A stretch of DNA of 64,000 bases from Actinomycetota bacterium. GTDB lineage: Bacteria > Actinomycetota > Acidimicrobiia > Acidimicrobiales > GCA-2861595. Below, in pieces: positions 9,022-20,477 of this stretch. Where the stretch lies: contig JBQTJJ010000001.1 of NCBI GenBank assembly GCA_052387235.1, positions 7,581 through 71,580 on the forward strand, read 5' to 3'. The first letter of the stretch is position 1, and each line of letters opens with the position of its first letter. The notes beneath the pieces are model-generated. The model did no database searches. It worked only from the letters and a program-made list of their open reading frames with translations, and had not been told where the DNA came from. Both the position numbers and the translations under genes were made by a program.

Positions 9022-10005
9022 ATGCCTGCCATCGAGCTCGGCTTCGCCATCTCGAGCGAGGAGCACCCGCCCCACGACCTGGTGCGCCAGGCCGTGCGGG
9101 CCGAGGAGACCGGGTTCGCCTTCGTCGGCGTCTCGGACCACTACCACCCGTGGGTGCGGGCCCAGGGCCACAGCCCCTTCGTCTGGGGCGTGCTCGGCGC
9201 CATCGCCCAGGCGACGGAGCGCATCCGGGTGGGCACGGGCGTCACCTGTCCAACGGTGCGGCTGCACCCGGCCATCGTGGCCCAGGCCGCGGCCACCGCC
9301 GGATGCCTGATGCCGGGCCGGTTCTTCCTGGGCGTGGGCAGCGGCGAGGCCCTCAACGAGCACATCCTCGGCGACCGCTGGCCGCCAGCGCCGGTGCGCC
9401 TCGAGATGCTGGAGGAGGCCATCGCCGTGATCCGGCTGCTCTGGGAGGGCGGTAGCAGGGACCACTACGGCAGGCACTACACGGTCGAGGACGCCACGGT
9501 GTTCGACCTGCCCGACCCGCTCCCCGAGATCGTGGTGGCCGGATCGGGGGCCAGGGCAGCGTCCCTCGCGGCCCGGGCCGGCGACGGGTTCTGGGGCACG
9601 GCACCGAGCCGGGAGACCTTGGACGCGTTCGAGGCGGACGGTGGCGCCGGCAAGCCCCGCTACGGCCAGGCCACGGTGTGCTGGGCCGAGGACGAGCACC
9701 AGGCCCGCAAGACGGCCCTGCAGGTGTGGCCCAATGCCGGCGTGACCGGCCAGCTGTCGCAGGACCTTCCCACGCCGCTGCACTTCGAGGCGGCCGCCGA
9801 GATGGTGACCCTCGACGATGTGGCCCAGAAGGTGGTGTGCGGTCCCGACCTTGCCCGCCACGTCGGGCTGGTGAGGAAGTACGCCGACGCCGGCTACACC
9901 CACGTCTACCTGCACCAGGTCGGCCCCGACCAGGAGGGCTTCTTCCGGTTCTGCGTGCGCGAGCTGCTGCCGGCCCTGGCCGACCAGGGCCTGCTGGCCG
10001 GCTGA
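9022..10005 (+). CDS. LLM-class F420-dependent oxidoreductase (G6PDH-family type)
   Basis: ATG 9022 is preceded by AAGGAGGA. MPAIELGFAISSEEHPP..GFAFVGVSDHYHPW..FLGVGSGEALNEH is characteristic of this luciferase-like subfamily. Confidence 0.85.
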   Translation: MPAIELGFAISSEEHPPHDLVRQAVRAEETGFAFVGVSDHYHPWVRAQGHSPFVWGVLGAIAQATERIRVGTGVTCPTVRLHPAIVAQAAATAGCLMPGRFFLGVGSGEALNEHILGDRWPPAPVRLEMLEEAIAVIRLLWEGGSRDHYGRHYTVEDATVFDLPDPLPEIVVAGSGARAASLAARAGDGFWGTAPSRETLDAFEADGGAGKPRYGQATVCWAEDEHQARKTALQVWPNAGVTGQLSQDLPTPLHFEAAAEMVTLDDVAQKVVCGPDLARHVGLVRKYADAGYTHVYLHQVGPDQEGFFRFCVRELLPALADQGLLAG

Positions 10006-10029
10006 GCGGGTCGGGAGGCCCGGGACGAC

Positions 10030-11064
10030 GTGCCCCGGCTGCGGCGGGTCGACTGCTCTGCCCCCGGGATCGAGCGCCGGCGGGCCGGCCGCGGCTTCGT
10101 CTACCTCGCCGGTGGCCGCCGGGTCACGGACCCCGACGTGCTGGCCCGGATCCGGGCGCTCGCCATCCCGCCGGCGTGGACCGGCGTGTGGATCTGCTCC
10201 GATCCCGACGGGCACCTCCAAGCCGTGGGGGTCGACGCCGCCGGTCGCAAGCAGTACCGGTACCACGACGCCTGGCGGGTGCGCCAGGACCAGGAGAAGT
10301 TCGACCACATGCTGGACTTCGCGCGGGCCCTGCCCGGGCTTCGCCGTGTGATCGCCTCCGACCTGGCCGGCACCGAGCTGTCGCGACCGAGGGTGCTGGC
10401 GTGCGCCACCCGCCTGCTGGACATCGGGTTCTTCCGCATCGGCACCGAGGGCTACGCAGAGCAGAACCAGAGCTACGGACTCGCCACCATCCGCAAGCGC
10501 CACGTCCGGGTCCTCGATCGGGAGGTCCGCTTCGACTACGTGGCGAAGGGCGGGAAGCAGCGCATCCAGTCGGTGGTCGACCCCGAGGTGGCCGAGGTCG
10601 TGGATGCGCTCAAGCGCCGGCGCGGCGGCGGACCGGAGCTGCTGGCCCACAGGGATGGCCGGCGCTGGCACGACGTCAGGTCCGGGGACATCAACTCCTA
10701 CATCAAGGACGCCACCGGCGCCGACTTCACGGCCAAGGACTTCCGGACCTGGAACGCCACCGTCCTGGCCGCCGTGAGCCTGGCCGTGGCCAGGCACGCG
10801 GCGTCACCCTCCGCCCGCAAGCGGGCGGTGGCATGGACCATGAAGGAGGTGGCGTTCTGGCTCGGCAACACCCCGGCGGTGTGCCGGTCCTCCTACGTGG
10901 ACCCGAGGATCGTGGATCGCTATCGGGCCGGCGTCACCGTCGCCGGCGACCTGACCCGCCTCGGCGAAGGCACGGCGTTCGGCCAGCTGTCGACCCAGGG
11001 TGCGGTGGAGCGGGCCGTCCTCGCCCTGTTGGACGAGGCCCCGGCCGCCGGGGCAGTGGCCTGA
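10030..11064 (+). CDS. DNA topoisomerase IB (bacterial/poxvirus type)
   Basis: GFVYL..G..VTD...L.RIRALAIPPAWTGVWIC...GHLQAVGVDAAGRKQYRYH..W and downstream FTAKDFRTW blocks. Confidence 0.85.
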   Translation: MPRLRRVDCSAPGIERRRAGRGFVYLAGGRRVTDPDVLARIRALAIPPAWTGVWICSDPDGHLQAVGVDAAGRKQYRYHDAWRVRQDQEKFDHMLDFARALPGLRRVIASDLAGTELSRPRVLACATRLLDIGFFRIGTEGYAEQNQSYGLATIRKRHVRVLDREVRFDYVAKGGKQRIQSVVDPEVAEVVDALKRRRGGGPELLAHRDGRRWHDVRSGDINSYIKDATGADFTAKDFRTWNATVLAAVSLAVARHAASPSARKRAVAWTMKEVAFWLGNTPAVCRSSYVDPRIVDRYRAGVTVAGDLTRLGEGTAFGQLSTQGAVERAVLALLDEAPAAGAVA

Positions 11065-11088
11065 GCGCTCGAGCCGGGCCCGGACGCG

Positions 11089-11133
11089 CACGTACCGGGA
11101 AAGCCGGCTATAGCTCGGCTCTCCCGGTACGTG
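11089..11133. terminator. Long hairpin between convergent genes (putative bidirectional terminator)
   Basis: CACGTACCGGGA (11089-11100) pairs perfectly with TCCCGGTACGTG (11122-11133). The inner AGCCG/CGGCT segments also pair. No U-tract. Confidence 0.5.
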
Positions 11134-11248
11134 GGGCTCCCGGGGGGCGGGACGCTCACAGTTCTGCCCACGCCCCGTCGGGCCCAAACACGTTCTCCGA
11201 GAAAAATTCTCCTGGCCTGCCGCTGCTCCGGCGCCTGGAGGCGACCTC

Positions 11249-12427
11249 CTAGCCCGGAGGGGCGATGGTGTCGTCCACGGGCTGGTCCCGGTCTGCCTCC
11301 CCCTCCTCGATGAACCGCTCCTCGCCAGGGCGGGACGGGTCGTCGCCGGCCGTCCGCCGGCGCACGTCGTCGATCTCGTCGCCCAGGGCATCCAGAAGCT
11401 GCTGGGGTTGGCTGTCCGTGCCGCCGTCGGCGGTCGTCGCTTCCGTTTCGTCGTTCATGGCGGTGGTGTACCCCGGGACGCGGCCCCTCCACCCATCGGG
11501 CACGCCCCCCTCGCCCCGAAGGGAGCGGGCGCAGGCCACGCCGGCCGTGGCGCCGCCCGCCGCCGCCACCTGCAGGAGCTGCAGGCCGGGCGTCACGTCA
11601 CCAGCGGCGTACACGCCCGGTACCGACGTGGCCTGCTGGTGGTCGACCTCGATGCAGCCCTCCGGCGTGAGGCGGCAGCCCAGCTGGCGGGCCAGGTCGA
11701 CCCGCGGCTCGTGGGCGATCGAGAAGAACGCCAGCTGGCACGACAGCACGTCGCCACCCCGCAGCCGAACCCCCTCCAGCCGGCCCCGCCGGCCCAGGAG
11801 CTCGACGGCGTCGTCCTCCAGCACGGGCACGCCGGCCTCCGCAAGCCGGCGCCGGCAGCCGGCGTCACCCTCGAACGGCCGGCCGTCGGTGACGATCACC
11901 ACATCGCGGGCCCAGCCGAGGAGGGTGAGGGCGAAGCCGGTGACGTCCTCGTTCCAGCCGAACACCACCACCTCGGCGTCCCGGGCCTCGTAGCCGTCGC
12001 AGGTCGGGCAGTGGAACACGTCTGCCCCGTAGTGCTCGAAGAAGCGATCGACCTCGGGGAAGCGGTCCTCCACGCCGGTGGCCAGCACCAGCCGGCGGGC
12101 CGCGACCTCGCCTCCGCCGGTCGCCACCACGAAGACCCCGTCGTCCCGCCGCCGGGCCCGCGTGGCCGGCGTGGCCCGGAACGTGGCCTCCTCGTACCGG
12201 GACACCTCCTCGCGTGCCCGCTCCAGCAGTGCGCCGGGGTGCACGGGGTCCGCTCCGAGGTAGCCATGGGCCTGGTCGACCCAGCGGTTCCGGGGCTCGC
12301 CGCCGTCGAGCACCACCACCGAGCGGCGGTACCGGGCGATCCAGGTCGCGGCGGCCAGACCGGCGGCGCCGCCCCCCACCACGACGGCGTCGTGGACCGG
12401 CCCGGCCCGCCCGTCGGGCCCGCTCAT
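11249..12427 (-). CDS. Thioredoxin-reductase-like NAD(P)/FAD oxidoreductase with acidic C-terminal tail
   Basis: DAVVVGGGAAGLAAA (FAD GxGxxG), HCPTCDG redox motif, GVYAAGD. The ATG at 12427 overlaps the treZ stop (ATGA). The listed ORF 11249..14137 is a shadow extension over treZ. Confidence 0.8.
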   Translation of the reverse strand: MSGPDGRAGPVHDAVVVGGGAAGLAAATWIARYRRSVVVLDGGEPRNRWVDQAHGYLGADPVHPGALLERAREEVSRYEEATFRATPATRARRRDDGVFVVATGGGEVAARRLVLATGVEDRFPEVDRFFEHYGADVFHCPTCDGYEARDAEVVVFGWNEDVTGFALTLLGWARDVVIVTDGRPFEGDAGCRRRLAEAGVPVLEDDAVELLGRRGRLEGVRLRGGDVLSCQLAFFSIAHEPRVDLARQLGCRLTPEGCIEVDHQQATSVPGVYAAGDVTPGLQLLQVAAAGGATAGVACARSLRGEGGVPDGWRGRVPGYTTAMNDETEATTADGGTDSQPQQLLDALGDEIDDVRRRTAGDDPSRPGEERFIEEGEADRDQPVDDTIAPPG

Positions 12428-14154
12428 CCGGGCCGGGACCCGGTCACGGCCACCGTGTCGGGAGGGAGCCGGACGCCACCCCCGGGCTCGCGCGCCACGC
12501 CGTCCGAGGCCAGCAGGATCGGACCCCCGACCCCGAGCGTCACCGCCTCCGGGCCGAGGTTGACGGCGACGGTCACCGGGCCCCGCTCGAGGACGAGCCA
12601 GCCGGCCTCGTCGTCGACCCGGCACCGGACCCGGTCGAGTCGCCCGTCGCGCAGGGCCGGGAGGGAGCGGCGCAGGCCGATCAGGCGGCGGTGCCAGTCG
12701 AGCAGGGTGGCATGTGGCTCCCGCTCCGGCTCCCGCCAGTCCAGCTTCGAGCGCTCGAAGGTGCCCGGGTCCTGCGGGTCCGGGACCTCGTCGGGCTTCC
12801 ATCCGAAGGCGGCGAACTCGGCCCGGCGCCCGTCGCGCACGGCCGCGCCGAGGGCGGGGTCCGCGTGGTCGGTGAAGTACTGGAAGGGCGTGCGGGCGCC
12901 CCACTCCTCGCCGGCGAAGACCATGGGCACGAAGGGCGCGGTGAGCACCAGCGCGGCGGCGACCTGCAGGCGCTCCGCCGACAGGAGGGCGGCGCTGCGC
13001 TCCCCCAGGGCCCGGTTCCCCACCTGGTCGTGGTTCTGGGCGAACCCGACGAGGCGGTGGCCGGGAAGGGTGGGGTCGAGGCGGCCGTGGCGCCTTTCCC
13101 GGGAGGCGGAGTACTCGCCGGCGTAGACGAAGCCCCGCCGGAGGGCGGTGGCCAGGTGGGCCAGCGAGCCGAAGTCGGCGTAGTAGCCGTCCCGCTCGCC
13201 GGTGAGGGCGGCGTGCAGGGCGTGGTGGAAGTCGTCGCTCCACTGGGCGTCCATCCCGTAGCCCCCGACCTCGCGACGGCGCACGACCCGGGGGTCGTTG
13301 AGGTCGCTCTCGGCCACCACGAACAGGTGGCGGCCGGTGGCCGCGGCCAGGTCCCCCACCGCCTCCCCCAGCTGCTCGAGGAGGTGGACGGCCGAGGTGT
13401 CGACGATGGCGTGCACGGCGTCGAGGCGCAGGCCGTCCACGTGGTAGTCCCGCAGCCACATGAGGGCGTTGTCGACGAAGAAGGCGCGGACCTCGTCGCT
13501 CCCGGGACCGTCCAGGTTGACGGCCCGGCCCCAGGGCGTGGCGTAGCGGTCGGTGAAGTAGGGCCCGAACTCGCCCAGGTGGTTGCCGTCCGGGCCGAGG
13601 TGGTTGTACACGACGTCCAGCACCACGCCGATGCCCCGGGCGTGGCAGGCGTCCACCAGGCGCTTGAGCCCGAGGGGGCCGCCGTAGGCGGAGTGGGGGG
13701 CGAACAGGTCCACCCCGTCGTAGCCCCAGCCCCGGTCCCCCGGGAACTCGGCCACCGGCATCAGCTCCACCGCGTCCACGCCCAGGGCCACCAGGTGGTC
13801 GAGGCGGCCGATGACGGCGTCGAAGGTGCCTTCGGGCGTGAAGGTCCCCACGTGCAGCTCGTAGAGGACGGCAGAGGGCAGGTGGACGCCCCGCCAGCCG
13901 GCGTCGGACCACTCGAACGAGCCGTGGTCGACGATCCGGGACGGGCCGTGGACGCCGGCGGGTTGGAAGGCGGAGCGTGGGTCGGGGCGTACCGGTCCCC
14001 CGTCCAGGACGAACCCGTAGTCGGTGCCGGGACCCGCCTCGGCGACCTCGGCCCGGTGCCAGCCGCCGCCGGCCGGCGCCATCGGCACCCGTCGCCCGCC
14101 CAGGTCGGCCTCGACGGTCCCGGCCAGGGGCGCCCACACCCGGAGCTCTGTCAT
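12424..14154 (-). CDS. treZ: Malto-oligosyltrehalose trehalohydrolase (GH13)
   Basis: MTELRVWAP...GFVLDGGPVRPDPRS.FQP.GVHGPS, GH13 blocks GIGVVLDVVYNH, GLRLDAVH, AESDLND. The start ATG 14154 has an upstream purine-rich RBS. Confidence 0.9.
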   Translation of the reverse strand: MTELRVWAPLAGTVEADLGGRRVPMAPAGGGWHRAEVAEAGPGTDYGFVLDGGPVRPDPRSAFQPAGVHGPSRIVDHGSFEWSDAGWRGVHLPSAVLYELHVGTFTPEGTFDAVIGRLDHLVALGVDAVELMPVAEFPGDRGWGYDGVDLFAPHSAYGGPLGLKRLVDACHARGIGVVLDVVYNHLGPDGNHLGEFGPYFTDRYATPWGRAVNLDGPGSDEVRAFFVDNALMWLRDYHVDGLRLDAVHAIVDTSAVHLLEQLGEAVGDLAAATGRHLFVVAESDLNDPRVVRRREVGGYGMDAQWSDDFHHALHAALTGERDGYYADFGSLAHLATALRRGFVYAGEYSASRERRHGRLDPTLPGHRLVGFAQNHDQVGNRALGERSAALLSAERLQVAAALVLTAPFVPMVFAGEEWGARTPFQYFTDHADPALGAAVRDGRRAEFAAFGWKPDEVPDPQDPGTFERSKLDWREPEREPHATLLDWHRRLIGLRRSLPALRDGRLDRVRCRVDDEAGWLVLERGPVTVAVNLGPEAVTLGVGGPILLASDGVAREPGGGVRLPPDTVAVTGSRPG

Positions 14155-14227
14155 CCGGACACCCTTCCCCGAACTCGTCCGCACGACGACACCAGACCCA
14201 CGCCGCCGTGCGGACCCCTCCGGGAGC

Positions 14228-16913
14228 TCACCCGTCCTGGCGCTCGAGCAGGGCCACCGGGAAGGCGGCCAGGAGGGAGCCGAGGGCCACGGTGCCGCCC
14301 GCCACCGGCTCCCCCGTGAGGACGTTGCGCCACGAGGCGCCGGGCAAGCGGACCGACGTGTCCTCCCAGCGGCCGGCCAGGCCCAGCACCAGGCGGGGCA
14401 CCACCGTCGCCACCCGCCCGCCCCGGCTGAAGGCCACCACGTGACCGGCCCGGGCGCCGGCGGCGTGGAGGGGCTCGTAGGCGCCGCCGGGGCCGAAGGC
14501 CTCGGGCCGGCGCCGGCGGAGGTGGAGGGCCTCGTGCACCACGTGCAGCTTGGGCAGGCCGTCCTCGGCCCGGGCCCAGATGGCGCCGGCGCTGAGCCCG
14601 GGCAGCTCCCCCAGGAGGCGCCGCCGCAGCTCGTAGTCCACGGGCCGGCGGTTGTCGGGGTCCACCAGGCTGAGGTCCCACAGCTCGGTGCCCTGGTAGG
14701 TGTCGGGCACGCCGGGGGCCGTGAGGCGCACCAGCACCTGGGCCAGGGACGTGACCCGTCCCGGCTCCACCAGCGGCGCCACGAAGGCGGCCAGGTCGGC
14801 CTGGAAGCCCTGGTCGGCCATGACGCCCTCCACGAACGAGCGCAGGGCTGCGTCGTAGGCGGGATCGGGGTCGATCCACGACGTGTGGGACTTGGCCTCC
14901 TTGGACGCCTTCTCCATGTAGGTCACGGCCCGCTCCGCCGCGAGGGGCCAGGCGCCCACCAGGGTCTGGTACAGCAGGTACTCGGCGTTGGCGTCCGGCA
15001 GGCCGTCCGTGCGGTGGTCCTGGTTGGCCTTGACCCAGCGCCGCACCGCGTCGGCCCATTCCGCCGGCCGCTCGGACAGCAGGTGGAGGCGGGCCCGCAC
15101 GTCCTCGCTGCGCTTGGTGTCGTGGGTGGACGTGGCCAGCATGGCCGTGGGCCGCCGGCGCTGCGCCTCGCCGGCCCAGCGGTGGAACTCCGACACCCGG
15201 GTGCCCCAGCTCCCCGGCGCGCCGCCCACCTCGTTGAGCGAGACCAGGGGCACGTAGGTGTAGAAGGCGGTGTCCTCGACGCCCTTGGCCATCACCGGCG
15301 CCGTCACCTGCTGGAAGCGCCACACCAGCTCGGCCTCCGCCTCGCCCACCGCCCTCGGAAGTCCCGGGGCCCCGGCTGCCCGCCCCCGCAGCAGGAGCAG
15401 GTCGGCGAGGAAGGCGAACAGCTCGTCATCGAGATCGGGCCGGCGGGACGCGGCGTCGGACACGGCCGCCTCCACGAACCCGACGTCCGAGCCGGACACC
15501 GCCCCGGCGTCGGGCCGGACGTAGGTCCGGTAGACGGGGAACGAGGCCACCACCTCGCGCAGCACCTCGTGCAGCTCGTGGCGGGTGTAGTCCCGGTACC
15601 GCCGGTTCCGCTCGCACACCTGCACGAACTGGCCCGTGAGGCGGTTGAGGTCGGCGCCCAGGATCGACCGCACCACCAGGTGCTTCTTGTCCAGGGCCAC
15701 GTCGTCGAAGGCGGTGGGCTCGCCCGTCGCGCCGGCGTAGACGTCGAGCAGCGGCTCCCGGCCGTCCGGGTCCACGAACAGGCCGCCGACCACGTTGAGG
15801 AAGTCGTACCCCGTGGTGCCCGCCACCGGCCACGAGGGAGGCAGCTCCTCGCCGGGCTCGAGGATCTTCTCGACCACTGTCCAAGCGCCCCCGCTGGCCT
15901 CGTGGAGCCGGTGGAGGTAGCCCTCGGGGTCGCGCAGCCCGTCGGGGTGGTCGATCCGCAGGCCGTCGACCCACCCGTCGGCCACCCAGCGCAGCAGCAG
16001 CTCGGAGGTGTCGTCGAACACGACCGGGTCCTCGACCCGGACGCCGACGAGGGTGTTGATGTCGAAGAAGCGCCGGTAGTCCAGCTCCCGCCCCGCCGTG
16101 CGCCAGTAGGCCAGGCGGTAGTTCTGCCGCTCCAGGAGGCCGTCCAGGGCGTCCCAGTCCGCGTTGATGCGCTCGACCTGGCTGTCCACCGCCGCCGACG
16201 CCTCCGCGTCGCCGAGGAGGAGGGCGGCGAGGCGGGAGCGGAGCACCTCTTTGTCCCGGTGGCGCTCCCGCACGCTCTCCCTGTCGGTGGCGGTGGAGTG
16301 CGGGAGCCGGCCCAGGGCGGCGCCGATCGACTCGAGCTCGTCGTTGCCGCATACCTCGGCCGCGGCCGACAGCAGCCGGTCCAACGAGCGGGGCGCGACC
16401 GGGACGGCGTGCTCGTGGTAGAGGATGGCGAACGACCCGCCCTCCCGGACCAGGCGCAGCTCCCCGGCCTCCAGCACCCGCCCGTAGTGGTCGCCCAGCA
16501 CCGGCAGGAGCACCGTGTCACGGAGCTTGGCCTCGGGCGGGTCCCAGTCCACGTCGAAGTGGGCGGCGTACACGCTGGCCGGGCCGTTCTCCAGCACGTC
16601 CCACCACCAGGCGTTGCCCCGGCCTCCCACCGCCATGTGGTTGGGGACCACGTCGAGCACGTGGCCGAGCCCTGCCTCCCGCAGGGCGGCACGGAGCCTC
16701 CCGTGCCCTGCCTCGCCGCCGAGCTCGGAGCTGACCCGGGTGTGGTCCACCACGTCGTAGCCGTGCGTGCTGCCCGGCGCGGCCTGGAGGACCGGGGAGG
16801 TGTAGAGGTGGGTCACCCCGAGGTCGGCCAGGTAGGCGGCGGCGGCGGCGGCCTCGTCGAACCCGAACCCCGGCGTGAGCTGGACCCGGTAGGTGGACCG
16901 GGCCGGTGCGTCC

Positions 16914-16924
<11 letters not shown>
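14228..16924 (-). CDS. treY: Malto-oligosyltrehalose synthase
   Basis: STYRVQLTPGFGFDEAAAAAAYLADLGVTHLYTSPVLQAAPGSTHGYDVVDH and length (898 aa). GTG start overlaps the glgX end by 11 nt. Confidence 0.9.
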
Positions 16925-19010
<2,086 letters not shown>

Positions 19011-19019
19011 CCGGCAACG

Positions 19020-19145
19020 CTAGTGCTCCGATTCGACCTTTCCCGACGCGTCCGCCGGAGACGCGCCGGCCGCGGCGAAGAGACTGTCGGCCGGACTCAG
19101 GATGCCGTCAGAAATGGGGACCTCGTCGAACTCCGGGAAAGACAT
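19020..19145 (-). CDS. Possible small upstream ORF (41 aa) preceding glgX
   Basis: MSFPEFDEVPISDGILSPADSLFAAAGASPADASGKVESEH ends 9 nt before the glgX ATG. GC3 is fairly high inside an otherwise lower-GC intergenic region. An alternative ATG lies at 19172. No homology known to me. Confidence 0.25.
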   Translation of the reverse strand: MSFPEFDEVPISDGILSPADSLFAAAGASPADASGKVESEH

Positions 19146-19217
19146 TGCATTCGCGACCCCGCAGTGCTTCATTTTGAGCGCTGACGAAGTCCCCGAGCAC
19201 CAGCGGAACGGACGTTG

Positions 19218-20477
19218 ATGGAACTCGCCAGAAGGCGGCCCCGCGTCGTCACCCTGGTCCTCACAGGTGTCCTCGCCCTCGTCGGGGCCGGCTGTGCCGG
19301 CGAATCGGACGATGCCGCCACCACCCTCCGGGTCCTGATGACCGACGACTGGGTCACAGCCCCGTTCGTCTCCGCCGTCAAGGACTTCGAACGGGACCAC
19401 CCCGGCGTCCGGGTCGAGGTGGAGCGGGCGCCGATCAGCCACATGCTGGACACGGTCTCGGCCCAGACGCGCGACGGCCAGGCGCCCGACGTGGTCCAGG
19501 CCCACGCCTTCTCGGCCGCGGCCCAGGGCCTGGCCCAGCCCGTCGACGATCTCTGGGAGGCGTCGCTGAAGACGTCGGAGTTCCTGCCCGGTGCCATCGA
19601 CGACGTGACCTGGGGCGATCGGCTCTACGGCGTGCCCCTGGACACCAACGCCATGTTCCTGATCGTGAACAAGGAGCACTATCAGGCGGCCGGGCTGACC
19701 CCGCCGTCCGGCCGCTCGACGTTCGAGGAGTTCGAGGCCACGGCGCGGTCCCTGGCCGCGGCGGGCGGTGAGCGGCGGGCCATCGCCATTCCCACCAGCA
19801 CCTGGTGGACCTACGGCTGGATCAAGGCCAACGGCGGCGAGGTCATCAGCGTCGACCCCGGCGGGCAGGTGCGCCTCAGCCTCGATGCGCCCGAGGTGGT
19901 GGAGGCCCTCGACTTCCTCTCCCGCCTGGTCAAGGCGGGGCTGGCCTTCCCGCCGCAGGCCGCCGACTCCCACAGCAACGACGCCCTCTCGCTCTTCCGG
20001 TCCGGCCGGGCCGCCACCCTGGCGTCAGGATCGTGGGACCTCAGCATCCTGGGCAAGGACCCCGGCGCGGCGCGCTACGACTCGGCGCTGCTGCCCCAGG
20101 GCGCTGACGCGTCCGGCACCGCCATGGGGGGGAGCAGCCTGTTCGTGCCCACCGGATCGGACAAGCGGGAGCTCGCCTTCGAGTTCATGGCCCACCTCGT
20201 CTCCGACCGGTACGCGCTGCGGCTGGCCAAGGAGGAGGGACGCCTGCCGGTGCGGCCCCGGGTGTACGAGGACCCCTACTTCAAGAGCCCGGCGCTGGCC
20301 ACCGTGATCGAGCAGCTGCCCTCGGCCAGCCCGTTCAAGCTCACCGCCTTCCCCGATGCCCACGACGTGTTCGCCGGCGCCGTCGACGAGATCCTCCGCA
20401 CCGGGGCCGACGCCACCGCTGCCATGAAGGACGCGCAACAGCGGGCCCAGGCCCTCGTGCCGCCGAAGTCCCCGTGA
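19218..20477 (+). CDS. Extracellular solute-binding protein (ABC family-1, sugar type) lipoprotein, no cognate permease/ATPase nearby
   Basis: Lipobox LALVGAGCAG and overall SBP_bac_1-like sequence. TTG 19215 is an alternative start. The stop overlaps the kinase start. Confidence 0.8.
   Translation: MELARRRPRVVTLVLTGVLALVGAGCAGESDDAATTLRVLMTDDWVTAPFVSAVKDFERDHPGVRVEVERAPISHMLDTVSAQTRDGQAPDVVQAHAFSAAAQGLAQPVDDLWEASLKTSEFLPGAIDDVTWGDRLYGVPLDTNAMFLIVNKEHYQAAGLTPPSGRSTFEEFEATARSLAAAGGERRAIAIPTSTWWTYGWIKANGGEVISVDPGGQVRLSLDAPEVVEALDFLSRLVKAGLAFPPQAADSHSNDALSLFRSGRAATLASGSWDLSILGKDPGAARYDSALLPQGADASGTAMGGSSLFVPTGSDKRELAFEFMAHLVSDRYALRLAKEEGRLPVRPRVYEDPYFKSPALATVIEQLPSASPFKLTAFPDAHDVFAGAVDEILRTGADATAAMKDAQQRAQALVPPKSP

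Noticed and set aside
8755-10797. 680-aa minus-strand ORF
   Set aside because: It is a shadow ORF antisense to the F420/LLM and topoisomerase IB genes. It is low complexity (Gly/Pro/Arg/Val-rich) with no motifs, as is typical of very GC-rich DNA.
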